This document shows, piece by piece, positions 42,427-51,167 of a stretch of 51,446 nucleotides of DNA (position 1 is its first letter; each line of letters begins with the position of its first letter). A program made the translations under genes and the position numbers. Location of the stretch: assembly GCA_041485845.1 (NCBI GenBank), contig JBGPKH010000001.1, positions 1 through 51,446 of the forward strand. The letters are read 5' to 3'. The notes under the pieces are model-generated. The model did not search any database, was not told the DNA's origin, and saw nothing but the letters and a program-made list of their open reading frames with translations. Source of the DNA: Bryobacteraceae bacterium. GTDB lineage: Bacteria; Acidobacteriota; Terriglobia; Bryobacterales; Bryobacteraceae.

Positions 42427-43230
42427 CTAACTCACGCTCTCCGCGCTATAGCGCGCGATGAGGCCGGTTCGCACGGCGTGCCGGTAGGTGCGCGTGAAGA
42501 ACCAGCAGGCGAGCAGCAGGTAGAGCGCGGCCAGTCCGCTGCCGCCAAGCAGCGCCGCCGCCGGGACCGCATGGCCTGCGACCACCTTGCGCACGCTCTC
42601 GAATACGTAAGACGGCGGCAACGGGCGCGAGAGAAGCTGCATCCACGGGGGCAGCGTCGAGATCGGATAGAAGACCCCGGCGAATGGCGAAAGCAGCGCC
42701 GGAATCGGCCAGATGAACCACTCCGCCGCCGGCCCGAACCGCAGCACCACGGCGCTGCCGAAGATGCCGAGCGCGATGCCCGACAGGAACAGCACGAGGA
42801 GGAACGGAATCAGCATCAGGCCATACCCCAGGAAGGAGAGTCCGAAGGCCGCGGCGGCCAGAACCAGCATCACCGCCAGCCCTACAGCGCTGGTGGCGAT
42901 GCTGGAGAGCGCCAGGCCGCTCACGTATTCGGAGATCTTGAGCGGGGTGGCGAAGATATTCAGGAAATTGCGCGACCACACGTCCTCGAAGAACGCGGTG
43001 GTCACTCCCAACATCACGCGCACCAGGAAGTCCCAGAGCAGCACGGCTCCCAGGAGCGACGGAACGAAATTGAAGCCGGGCGCGGCGACCGTATTCAGGT
43101 ACCGGGTGATGAAGCCCCAGAGCACGATATCGATGGCCACCCATGCGAACAGCGGCAACACGCGGGCCGGACTCCCGCGCAGCAGGTAGCAGTAGCGGAG
43201 CACGATGGCCGCGATGCGCACGGGCTGCAT
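42427..43230 (-). CDS. ABC-2-type transporter permease
   Basis: Start at MQPVRIAAIVLRYCYLLRGSPARVL. Six predicted TM helices, immediately downstream of an ABC ATPase. Confidence 0.85.
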   Translation of the reverse strand: MQPVRIAAIVLRYCYLLRGSPARVLPLFAWVAIDIVLWGFITRYLNTVAAPGFNFVPSLLGAVLLWDFLVRVMLGVTTAFFEDVWSRNFLNIFATPLKISEYVSGLALSSIATSAVGLAVMLVLAAAAFGLSFLGYGLMLIPFLLVLFLSGIALGIFGSAVVLRFGPAAEWFIWPIPALLSPFAGVFYPISTLPPWMQLLSRPLPPSYVFESVRKVVAGHAVPAAALLGGSGLAALYLLLACWFFTRTYRHAVRTGLIARYSAESVS

Positions 43231-43234
43231 GGCT

Positions 43235-44002
43235 CTATCCGCGCTCCAGCGCCAGCGGCTCGCGCGCCACGGTGATGAAGAGCTCCTCGAGGGTCTCTTT
43301 GCCGTGCTCGCGCGGCAGAGTCTTCGGGTCGCCTGCGAGCAGGACCTTGCCGCGCGAAAGGAAAAGCACTCGGTCGCAGACCTCTTGGACCTCGTACATG
43401 TTGTGCGACGTCCACAGCACGCCGCCCGTGCCATGGGCGGTCAACTCGCGAAGGTGGGCGCGAATCTCACGCGCCGTGGCGGGATCGAGCGACGCCGTGG
43501 GTTCGTCCAGCAGCAGAACCGTCGGGCGATTCAGCATCGCCTTGGCCAGGCACACACGGGTCTGCTCTCCGGATGAGAGCACGCCGCACCTGGTGTTGCG
43601 GAAGCCCAGGAGGTCGAACTCCGCGAGCAGCGTTTCGATTCGTTCCGTGAGATTCCGGACCCCGTAAATCATTCCGAAAATCCGCAGATTCTGAGCCACG
43701 CTGAGGTTACCCGGCAGCGGCGCATAGACCGCCGCGAAGTTGGTGAGGGCGAGAGCTTGCGAGCGGTGCGCGGCGAGGTCCACGCCTTCGATGTGGATGC
43801 TGCCGCCATCCGGTTCGAGCACCCCGAGAATCATGTTGATGGTGCTGGTTTTGCCGGCTCCGTTCGGGCCCAGCAGCCCGACGATCTCGTGGCGGCCGAC
43901 GTCGAAGGATACGCGGTCTACGGCGACGGTATCGCCGTACGACTTACACAGATCCCTGACGGAAAGAACGGGAACGCTAGGAGCGCCAGACCAGCCAATC
44001 AT
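43235..44002 (-). CDS. ABC transporter ATP-binding protein
   Basis: Walker A GLLGPNGAGKTS, Q-loop, signature LSSGEQTR, Walker B LLLDEPTASLD, and H-loop TSHNM. Confidence 0.92.
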   Translation of the reverse strand: MIGWSGAPSVPVLSVRDLCKSYGDTVAVDRVSFDVGRHEIVGLLGPNGAGKTSTINMILGVLEPDGGSIHIEGVDLAAHRSQALALTNFAAVYAPLPGNLSVAQNLRIFGMIYGVRNLTERIETLLAEFDLLGFRNTRCGVLSSGEQTRVCLAKAMLNRPTVLLLDEPTASLDPATAREIRAHLRELTAHGTGGVLWTSHNMYEVQEVCDRVLFLSRGKVLLAGDPKTLPREHGKETLEELFITVAREPLALERG

Positions 44003-44246
44003 TATCCCCCGACGGGGCCCACTCGGCCTGCTCCAGAACGGGAAGTTCTTCGTGCTTGATGTCGTGGATGTAATTCCGGGCGACGGTCAAGGCATGTTCC
44101 TTGGCCTTGGCCTCACCGAACTGGTGCGCGCCGTGGATGGTAGTGCCCGGAGCGTAGATGAGCACTCTCCAATCGTTGAATTCCGAAATGACCAGCATGG
44201 TCAGGTAATGATACTGGGCCTTGAAACCGGACATGGAGCGAAACAT
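43977..44246 (-). CDS. Hypothetical protein (89 aa), first gene of the ABC operon
   Basis: Host-like codon usage. The 3' end overlaps the ATPase start by 26 nt. No family recognised. Confidence 0.5.
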   Translation of the reverse strand: MFRSMSGFKAQYHYLTMLVISEFNDWRVLIYAPGTTIHGAHQFGEAKAKEHALTVARNYIHDIKHEELPVLEQAEWAPSGDNDWLVWRS

Positions 44247-44331
44247 AACCGCCTGCTTTCCTCTTACCGGGCGACTGTCGGCCGCCCATCCGTATTATAG
44301 ATCTGCTTGTCCGTTCACGCGGCGGTGGTGA

Positions 44332-44622
44332 ACCCTGCTGGCCGTCTTCGCCGCCATCGCGCTGGCGCTGGCGGCGGTCGGGACCTACGGCGTGATGTCG
44401 TACCTGGTGACCCAGCGCACCCGCGAGATCGGCATCCCGATCGCGCTGGGCGCGGGCTCGGTGAATGCGCTCGCGCTGGTGGTGCGCCGCGGCGCGATGC
44501 TGGCGCTGGCGGGAAGCGCGATCGGCGCGGCGGCGCTCGCCGCAGTGGCGCTGGTGGCCAGCTACATTCCCGCGCGCCGGGCGAGATCGCTGGACCCATC
44601 ATCGGCATTGCGGGCGGAGTAG
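44332..44622 (+). pseudogene. 3' fragment of an FtsX/ADOP-type permease gene
   Basis: The open frame begins right after a TGA and reads TLLAVFAAIALALAAVGTYGVMSYLVTQRTREIGIPIALGAGSV...VASYIPARRARSLDPSSALRAE*. This is only the last roughly 95 aa of a permease that is normally 400-800 aa, and it appears to carry an internal deletion before the last helix. Confidence 0.6.
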
Positions 44623-44669
44623 GCAAACCGCTTTGACCCAATACTGTTCACTTGACGCCACGCTGTGGG

Positions 44670-44705
44670 GCAGGTTGTCAACCTGCGGCCGATTGTCAAT
44701 AGGCC
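44670..44705. repeat. Twin adjacent hairpins (gcaggttg-t-caacctgc; ggccgattg-t-caataggcc)
   Basis: The first stem is a perfect 8 bp; the second is 9 bp with 1 mismatch. Both share a ttgtcaa centre. They lie between the convergent permease fragment and the hydrolase gene. Confidence 0.6.
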
Positions 44706-44747
44706 TGCTGGCGCCGTGTGCGCTCTCGCAACTCATTGTTGTTGGCG

Positions 44748-45683
44748 TCAAATGGCGCGGCGCTGGCGCCATTGTCGCTCCAGGAACTCTACCACCGCCT
44801 GCTGGAAGGTTGGTTGGTAAGGCGTCGAGGAATGGTCGCCCTCGCATTCGCCGGCACGTGCATTTGGGATTTCTTTCAGTAAGCCGGCGGTCCTTTGGTT
44901 GGCCACGTCCGTCTTCCCGTTGAGTACTAATACTGGTACGCGAATTCTGTTGAGCCCTTCTGCAGTCATTTGTTTCGCCACGGCTCCCCGAATCACAGCC
45001 GCCAGGACCTTGGGATCCGCTCCCGTAGCCCGAGCCGCGATTATGTGTGCCGAGGCGAGATGCCCGGGGACGATCTCGCCCTGATCCAGTATTCTCGCCC
45101 CCTCCTCTGCCCAAATTCTGGCAGTGAGCGGCTTTGGCACATACTCCGGCGCCGGCCAATTCTTCGGAAACTCGAGGATGGTTCCTTCCACGGCATAGTC
45201 CCCAATCCCAGCCAGGATCGCCGATTTTACTTGAGGCGGGCGCAGGATGAGCAACCGGGCTGCGGTCCCAGCTCCCATGGAGAAGCCGACCACGTCTATG
45301 GCGTCCAGGCGCAGATGGTCAACTAGAGCGATTACATCGCGTGCCATAGCAGAGTCCGCATAGGCTGCGACTTCGCGTGGTTTGGAGGAAGCTCCGAAGC
45401 CGCGCATATCCGGGACAATGACGCGCGCATTCGCCGCCAGCAGTGGAGGGATCAGGCCGGGTCGTCCTTCGAGAGGAGGATCGGGCAGCGGCATAGCCCT
45501 CCCGAACGCTTCCAGAAACATTTCCCGCGTTTTTTGCATCAGGGGAAGATTGCGCTCGAAAGGTCCATATTGGCCCAGGCCATCGACGCCATAGCCATGC
45601 AAAAGGACGACTGCAGGGCCGCTGCCTTCATCATGATAGGCGATCGTGGCTCCGTCAAAAGATGCGAAAGTGTTCACGAGCAT
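44748..45683 (-). CDS. Alpha/beta-fold hydrolase
   Basis: 311 aa. HG motif VVLLHGYG, nucleophile elbow VVGFSMGAG, C-terminal ...CEGDHSS (catalytic His region). Confidence 0.85.
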   Translation of the reverse strand: MLVNTFASFDGATIAYHDEGSGPAVVLLHGYGVDGLGQYGPFERNLPLMQKTREMFLEAFGRAMPLPDPPLEGRPGLIPPLLAANARVIVPDMRGFGASSKPREVAAYADSAMARDVIALVDHLRLDAIDVVGFSMGAGTAARLLILRPPQVKSAILAGIGDYAVEGTILEFPKNWPAPEYVPKPLTARIWAEEGARILDQGEIVPGHLASAHIIAARATGADPKVLAAVIRGAVAKQMTAEGLNRIRVPVLVLNGKTDVANQRTAGLLKEIPNARAGECEGDHSSTPYQPTFQQAVVEFLERQWRQRRAI

Positions 45684-45792
45684 CTTTATTCAGACTACAA
45701 GATTCAACGATCCCTATCATTCGTGGCATTGACCAGCGGTTTCAGATTTTGGGGCTCTGCTTCCACTACATCCAGCTAGGATTTGGAACGGA

Positions 45793-46074
45793 TCAGAACA
45801 CGAACCGCGCCACAATCTGCACCTGGCGCGAGTTGCTGGCGAAGAACCCGTCGTACTTGCCGAAGAAGACGCTGCTCGGAACCAGGAAGTTGCGGCTGAT
45901 CGCGGCCGTCGAAAAGGAGGAAACGTCTGACAAATAGCCGCCGACGAACTGCGAGTGGTTGAACAGGTTAGAAGCCGAAGCCCCGATTTCGAGAGTCTTG
46001 CCTTCCGTGAAGCTCAGGCGCTTCTTGATTTGAGCGTCGAAATTGTTGGTATGGTCCAACGGGAAGGTATTGCG
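45793..46074 (-). other. C-terminal beta-barrel segment of the TonB-dependent receptor, cut off by an in-frame TGA
   Basis: In frame with 46075-49104. It reads RNTFPLDHTNNFDAQIKKRLSFTEGKTLEIGASASNLFNHSQF...RQVQIVARFVF*, the canonical TBDR end with a terminal aromatic residue. Confidence 0.8.
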
Positions 46075-49000
46075 TCAGGCGTTGGAGCGAGCGCCCAAAC
46101 CAGCTACAATGTATCGCGCGTTCGGATTGTTGGCCACGTACGCCACAATCGAAGGCGAACCGGCGGCGACCACCTGTCCCGCCGCGTTCAAGGGAGTGAC
46201 GCCGCTGCCGACGCGCGGGTCGCCGGTGGGATTGACGATCGACCGGTCGAGAGCGTCGCCATTCAGGTTCGAATCGACGCCGCTCTGCACGACAGCGTAT
46301 TCCGGCGACTGGAAAGTATAGGTCATCGAGAGGTTCCAGTTCCCGACGATGTTTTTCAGGAGGTAACTGCGGTTCTGGAACGGCCGAAGATCGTAAATCG
46401 GCGCGAACGTGAAGCGGTGCCGCCGGTCAAGCGCCGAGGAGGCCCACTCGGCGCGCAGATTCTGGAAGTCCTGGGCGCGGCGCGGCGACAGGACCGTGGA
46501 GAAGTTGGTCGCGGTGGAATCGTCGAAGCCGTGGCTCCAGGTGTACGCCAGAGCGTAGGAGAAGTTGCGCGAGTAGCGCTTGTTCATTTGAATGGCGAGG
46601 CCGCTGTAGCGCGAGTTCCCCCACGGATGGTACCCCGTCACGTTCTGCGTGAAACCATACGAAGACCAGACATTGGCCGGCTTGGCAACCGTAGCGCCGG
46701 GAAGCGGCGTGGTCTGCAGGTCCTTCAGCGTCAGGGTGCTCGCAGCCAATTGGCCGGCGCTGGGGGCGGTCAGAAAGGTTGGAATGAAGCGCGTGGGCGT
46801 CACCAGCGAGTCGATATTCATACGGGTCTGGTTCCACAGGTGGACACCCTTGGTGTATACATACCGCGCTTCGATGGTATAGTCGTGCGCCAGAGACCGC
46901 TGCACTCCCAGGCTCGCGGTCATAGCGTAAGGACGGGTCTGGTCGAAGGTGTAGGAGGCAGTCGCAGCGCGCGCCTCGGCAGCCGTGGGCGAGGCGCCCG
47001 TCAAGGATGCCTTCAAACCGCCGTTTTGCAGGAAATTGCTGACCGGCTGCAAGTCGTTCACATCCACGGTGGTCTGATAGTACGGCGGTGAGGCGTTCTG
47101 GTTGAGGTTGACGTAAGTATTGTTGAACGAGCGGGAAAAGCCGCCCCGAATGGACCATACGCCGGACTTCCCCGGAGAGTACGCAAAGCCGATACGCGGC
47201 GACCATTCGTTCTTGTTCGACTGCGGCGATCGGAAGGTGATCACGCCTGGGACGTCTGCGATCGAGTTGTACTGCTGCGCGCGCGAACCCACCGGGACGG
47301 TGACGAACTCGTAACGCACTCCCAAATTCAGCGTGAGGTTGGAGCGAACCCGGAAATCGTCGCTGGCATATCCACCGTACTGTATGAAACCGAAGGGGAC
47401 GCCATTGGCGGTTCCCACGCTACGCTCGCCGGATACGCCGCTCAGGTCCGATCCGCTCGGCTGTTTGTCGAGCAAATATTCCTCGAGAGAGGTGTAATCG
47501 TAGTCGCCGCGGGCGCGCTGCACGAAGAACCCCGCCATGATCATATCGGCAATGCTCAGACCCGCCTTGAACGTATGCCGGCCCGACGTCTTGGTGATGT
47601 TCTCCTGAAGCTGAGACAGGTTCTCGATGCTCCCCGAAGGCGCGTTCGGATCCGGTCCGAGCTGCAGTTGGATATCGTCGATAGCGATATTCGGAAATAC
47701 CTCCAGGCCGGGGAACTGGAAGTTTCCGGCGGGCGTATTGGCGTTGTTGCGGACATACGATACGCGGAACTCGTTCTCCATAGTAGGCGAGAAATTGTGG
47801 AATTCCGAAATCGAGATGCTGTTGTTGGTGATCGGTTGGGGTTGGTAAAAGACAGGCAATGCGGCGAAGAAATCCAAGCCCCTGGTGCGGTTGTGCAGAT
47901 ACCGGCCCCGTATCTGGTCTTTACCGCTGATGTTCCAGTCGATCGAGCCCACAACATTGTAATTGTTGTTGTAATTCGGCGAAGCGAACGAGAGCGGTCC
48001 GTCGGGAATGTTCACGCCATTGACCTTGATGGGATTGGCCGGGTCGGCGGTGGGGGCAACCGGGACGTACTTGGTGAAGATCCCGAGATTCGTCTTACTG
48101 AGATTGTTCATGCCGTTGAGGAGCGTGAGCCCGGCCGCCGTCGGCGCGTACACGGTCTGGCCGGGTTGCGAGGCCTGTCCGATCGGGTTGTACTCAAAAT
48201 TCCCAAAGTAAAAAAGCTTGTCCTTGCGAATCGGCCCACCCGCGGTGCCGCCCAGCCGGTTGTTATCGTAGCGGGGGTTCGATCGGAGGCCTTGCTGCAC
48301 CTCCTGCTGGTCCACCGCGTTCAACTTGCGGTTCTGCAAATATTCGTACAGCGACCCGTGAAGCTGGTTGGTTCCGCTCTTGACGATGGCGTTGAATATC
48401 CCGCCGGAAGCGACGCCGAATTCGGCGCTGAACTGGTTCTGCAGCAGGGTGAACTCCCGTACGGCCTCCGTCGAAACATACATCTGTGGACCGGGGTTGT
48501 AGTGGCTGTCGTTCATCACGCCGTCGATGTTGAAGGCGTTGCTGTCCGGCCTCTGCCCCGCTACACTCGGACCGATTCCCTGGCCAACGCCGCCCGAGGT
48601 GGCGACACCGGCCGAGAGCAGACTTAGATTGTAGATGCCCGATCCGTTGACCAGCTTGGAACTGGCAGCCAGCCCCATGTCGACTGCCGCCCGGGCGTCG
48701 TACGTGGTCTGCAATTGCGCCGTGGATGTGTCGAGGGCCGCCGCCGCCTCCGATACTTCGACAGTGGTGGTGACAGCGCCAACTTCCAGCGTCAGGTTAA
48801 TCGCCGTGGTGTGGTTCAATTGCAACTGGACATTGCCAATGGTGGGTGTCGTAAACCCGGTCTTGGCGGCCGAAACGCTGTAGGTGCCAACCGGAATGTT
48901 GTTCAGGCGATACTGCCCTTCCGCGTTGGTGGACGTCGTGTATTTTACGCCGGTGTCCCGGCTGGTCGCGGTGATGTTCGCTCCCGCAATTGCGGCCCCA

Positions 49001-49104
49001 CTGGTGTCGGTCACGGTCCCGACCAGAATGGCATCGGTGGCTTGCCCGAAGCTGAGAGCTGAAAAACCAAACAACATGAGCGCTGCTAGTAACAGATTTC
49101 GCAT
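46075..49104 (-). CDS. TonB-dependent receptor with N-terminal CarboxypepD_reg-like domain, interrupted near the 3' end
   Basis: GGGAGA RBS and signal peptide MRNLLLAALMLFGFSALSFGQ. It has ILVGTVTDTSGAAIAGANITATSRDTGVKYTTSTNAEGQYRLNNIPVGTYSV, plug and barrel regions, and ends ...VAGLGARSNA-TGA. Confidence 0.85.
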   Translation of the reverse strand: MRNLLLAALMLFGFSALSFGQATDAILVGTVTDTSGAAIAGANITATSRDTGVKYTTSTNAEGQYRLNNIPVGTYSVSAAKTGFTTPTIGNVQLQLNHTTAINLTLEVGAVTTTVEVSEAAAALDTSTAQLQTTYDARAAVDMGLAASSKLVNGSGIYNLSLLSAGVATSGGVGQGIGPSVAGQRPDSNAFNIDGVMNDSHYNPGPQMYVSTEAVREFTLLQNQFSAEFGVASGGIFNAIVKSGTNQLHGSLYEYLQNRKLNAVDQQEVQQGLRSNPRYDNNRLGGTAGGPIRKDKLFYFGNFEYNPIGQASQPGQTVYAPTAAGLTLLNGMNNLSKTNLGIFTKYVPVAPTADPANPIKVNGVNIPDGPLSFASPNYNNNYNVVGSIDWNISGKDQIRGRYLHNRTRGLDFFAALPVFYQPQPITNNSISISEFHNFSPTMENEFRVSYVRNNANTPAGNFQFPGLEVFPNIAIDDIQLQLGPDPNAPSGSIENLSQLQENITKTSGRHTFKAGLSIADMIMAGFFVQRARGDYDYTSLEEYLLDKQPSGSDLSGVSGERSVGTANGVPFGFIQYGGYASDDFRVRSNLTLNLGVRYEFVTVPVGSRAQQYNSIADVPGVITFRSPQSNKNEWSPRIGFAYSPGKSGVWSIRGGFSRSFNNTYVNLNQNASPPYYQTTVDVNDLQPVSNFLQNGGLKASLTGASPTAAEARAATASYTFDQTRPYAMTASLGVQRSLAHDYTIEARYVYTKGVHLWNQTRMNIDSLVTPTRFIPTFLTAPSAGQLAASTLTLKDLQTTPLPGATVAKPANVWSSYGFTQNVTGYHPWGNSRYSGLAIQMNKRYSRNFSYALAYTWSHGFDDSTATNFSTVLSPRRAQDFQNLRAEWASSALDRRHRFTFAPIYDLRPFQNRSYLLKNIVGNWNLSMTYTFQSPEYAVVQSGVDSNLNGDALDRSIVNPTGDPRVGSGVTPLNAAGQVVAAGSPSIVAYVANNPNARYIVAGLGARSNA

Positions 49105-49575
49105 ATTCTCCCTCTGAAGATTACCTTGAGATTTTCGTTAAGATCCCGGTCGCGGCTCTTTGAGCACGTGGTTCACCAAAGAAAACGAATATGTCAGTAC
49201 CGCTGCAAACCTCCGCCACCGTTCTCGTGGCGAGTTTACTGTTAACCAATCCAAAGTGACTTCCCCGCACATCGGAAGTTTGTCGCCAAAAGCCAGAAGT
49301 TAATTCGTAGTTATGACTGGCACTTCGACGTCCCGCGAGGCTAATCGTCCCGCAGGATCTTAGCGATTTACCGTAAAGAATCCACTGCGGGAGAGTGGCA
49401 TTTTGAGGTATACGTAATATTCCTTACATTTTGCAGTCACGGATCGATGGGTAGGAGCGGCTCATCGTGACCGAGTGAGCCTTTCCTATAAGATTTGGAA
49501 GCCTGGGGATACGGTTTCAAATAGGTGGTTAAGCCGCCACTGCTTTTACGTCGGGAGTTTCGAGAGGTCGTCTAT

Positions 49576-50967
49576 TCAGGCCGGGCACGGGGGAATCCCT
49601 ACACCGCCATCTTCCAGGGCAGCGCCGATTCTCAGGATCAGCGCTTCTTCAAATGGGGGACCGACGATTTGCAGGCCGGCCGGCAGACCGGAACCGCTCA
49701 ACCCGCACGGTAGGGAAAGCGCCGGCAGACCCAGCGCGTTGATGCCCCGGACCAGGCGCGTGCTTGCCAGCCGGACATCCTCATCGCGACCTCCCAGCCG
49801 AACGGTCGTATCCCCGATGACGGGAGCCACGTTCGGGGTGGTGGGCATGCACAGGCAGTCCACCTCCGCCCAAAGCTTCGAGAATTCGAGCTGCATTCTG
49901 CGACGGAGCCGTTGCGCATTGACGTAGTCCACGGCGGGCACCAGGCGGCCCTGGTCAAGGAGCGCCAGCACGTCGGCGCCGAACTGGCTCCGGGGCTCCA
50001 TGTACGGCTCCATCACGGCCGAAGCTTCCGCCAGCAGGATGACGCGCGCCACCGCATTCAAAGCCGCAACATCCGGCACGGTCACCGGTTTGATGGCCGC
50101 GCCCAGCGACTCCGCGCGCGCGATCGCTCCTCTTACGGCTGATTCCACGTCGCCGTCCAACCGGTCGAAAAAGAAGTTCTCCGCGAACCCGATGCGAACG
50201 CCGCGGATGCCGCAGCCTTCATCGGGAACGTAATCGACCACCGGACGCCGCGACGAGGTCCCGTCCCGGCGGTCGTAACCCGCGATGGCATTCAGCACCA
50301 TCGCGGCATCGCGCACCGAACGCGTGAGAGGGCCCATGTGGTCCAGACTGTAGCCCAGCGGGAGAACGCCGTAGCGGCTGACCCGGCCGTAAGTGGGCTT
50401 CAACCCGACGGCGCCGCAGAAGGCGGCCGGAATGCGGATGGAGCCGCCGGTATCGCTCCCCATGGCGGCGTACACGATTCCCGCCGCCACGGCCGCTCCC
50501 GAACCGCCGCTCGATCCACCGGGGCTGTGCTCCAGATTCCAGGGGTTGCGAACGGCCCCGAAATGCGGATTGGCCGACGTGATCCCGTATGCCAGCTCGT
50601 GCATGTTGAGCTTGCCCAGCATGACCGCCCCCGCCGCTTCCAACTTCTCCACCACCGTTGAGTCGGCGTCCGGCACGAAATGCTCGTAGACCTTGGACCC
50701 GGCAGTGGTGCGCACGCCGCGGGTGGCGAAGAGATCCTTGACGGCGATCGGAATCCCGTGGAGCGGTCCGCGGTCGCGGCCGGCGGCCAACTCGGCGTCG
50801 GCCTGCCGCGCGCGGTCGAGCGCGTGTTCGGCCGTCACCGTGATGAACGCCTGGAGCCTGGGGTTGTAGTGGTCCACCCGGCTGAGCGCGGCAGTCGTTA
50901 GTTCGACCGCCGAGAAGCGCCGCGCGCGCAGCGATTCCGCGGCTTCGCGAATGTTCATGCCGGTCAC
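49576..50967 (-). CDS. Amidase-signature enzyme (GatA/AtzE-like)
   Basis: 463 aa. GIPIAVKDLF, and the GGSSGGSGAAVAAG...GSDTGGSIRIPAAFCG amidase signature. The GTG start overlaps the stop of the upstream small ORF (GTGA). Confidence 0.9.
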   Translation of the reverse strand: MTGMNIREAAESLRARRFSAVELTTAALSRVDHYNPRLQAFITVTAEHALDRARQADAELAAGRDRGPLHGIPIAVKDLFATRGVRTTAGSKVYEHFVPDADSTVVEKLEAAGAVMLGKLNMHELAYGITSANPHFGAVRNPWNLEHSPGGSSGGSGAAVAAGIVYAAMGSDTGGSIRIPAAFCGAVGLKPTYGRVSRYGVLPLGYSLDHMGPLTRSVRDAAMVLNAIAGYDRRDGTSSRRPVVDYVPDEGCGIRGVRIGFAENFFFDRLDGDVESAVRGAIARAESLGAAIKPVTVPDVAALNAVARVILLAEASAVMEPYMEPRSQFGADVLALLDQGRLVPAVDYVNAQRLRRRMQLEFSKLWAEVDCLCMPTTPNVAPVIGDTTVRLGGRDEDVRLASTRLVRGINALGLPALSLPCGLSGSGLPAGLQIVGPPFEEALILRIGAALEDGGVGIPPCPA

Positions 50968-51140
50968 TCGCCCTCCTCCCCGGCACAGAACGCCGTGGCC
51001 GGCTCGTGTTCCGCTTTCAACCCCTTCACCAGCGGGCGAAAGGCCTCCTCCAGTGCTTCCAGGGGCGCGACGATGCGATCCAGATCCCGGTCCGAAACTA
51101 CGAGTCCGTTCGCCTTGGCGATGCTTTTCCAGTCTTTCAC
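50964..51140 (-). CDS. 58-aa AtzG/GatC-like small subunit candidate (DUF4089-like)
   Basis: Hand translation gives MKDWKSIAKANGLVVSDRDLDRIVAPLEALEEAFRPLVKGLKAEHEPATAFCAGEEGE*. GTG start with GGGAG 5 nt upstream, high GC3, and a stop overlapping the amidase start. Below the ORF-track cut-off. Confidence 0.5.
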   Translation of the reverse strand: MKDWKSIAKANGLVVSDRDLDRIVAPLEALEEAFRPLVKGLKAEHEPATAFCAGEEGE

Positions 51141-51167
51141 GATTACTCCCAGGCCTTCAGGATGATT

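Noticed and set aside
49536-49542. GCCACTG (B12-box-like core) in the gap upstream of the TonB receptor, suggesting a cobalamin riboswitch.
   Set aside because: The motif is on the plus strand, whereas the receptor is on the minus strand. No other cobalamin-riboswitch elements could be recognised around it, and nothing lies downstream on the plus strand to regulate.
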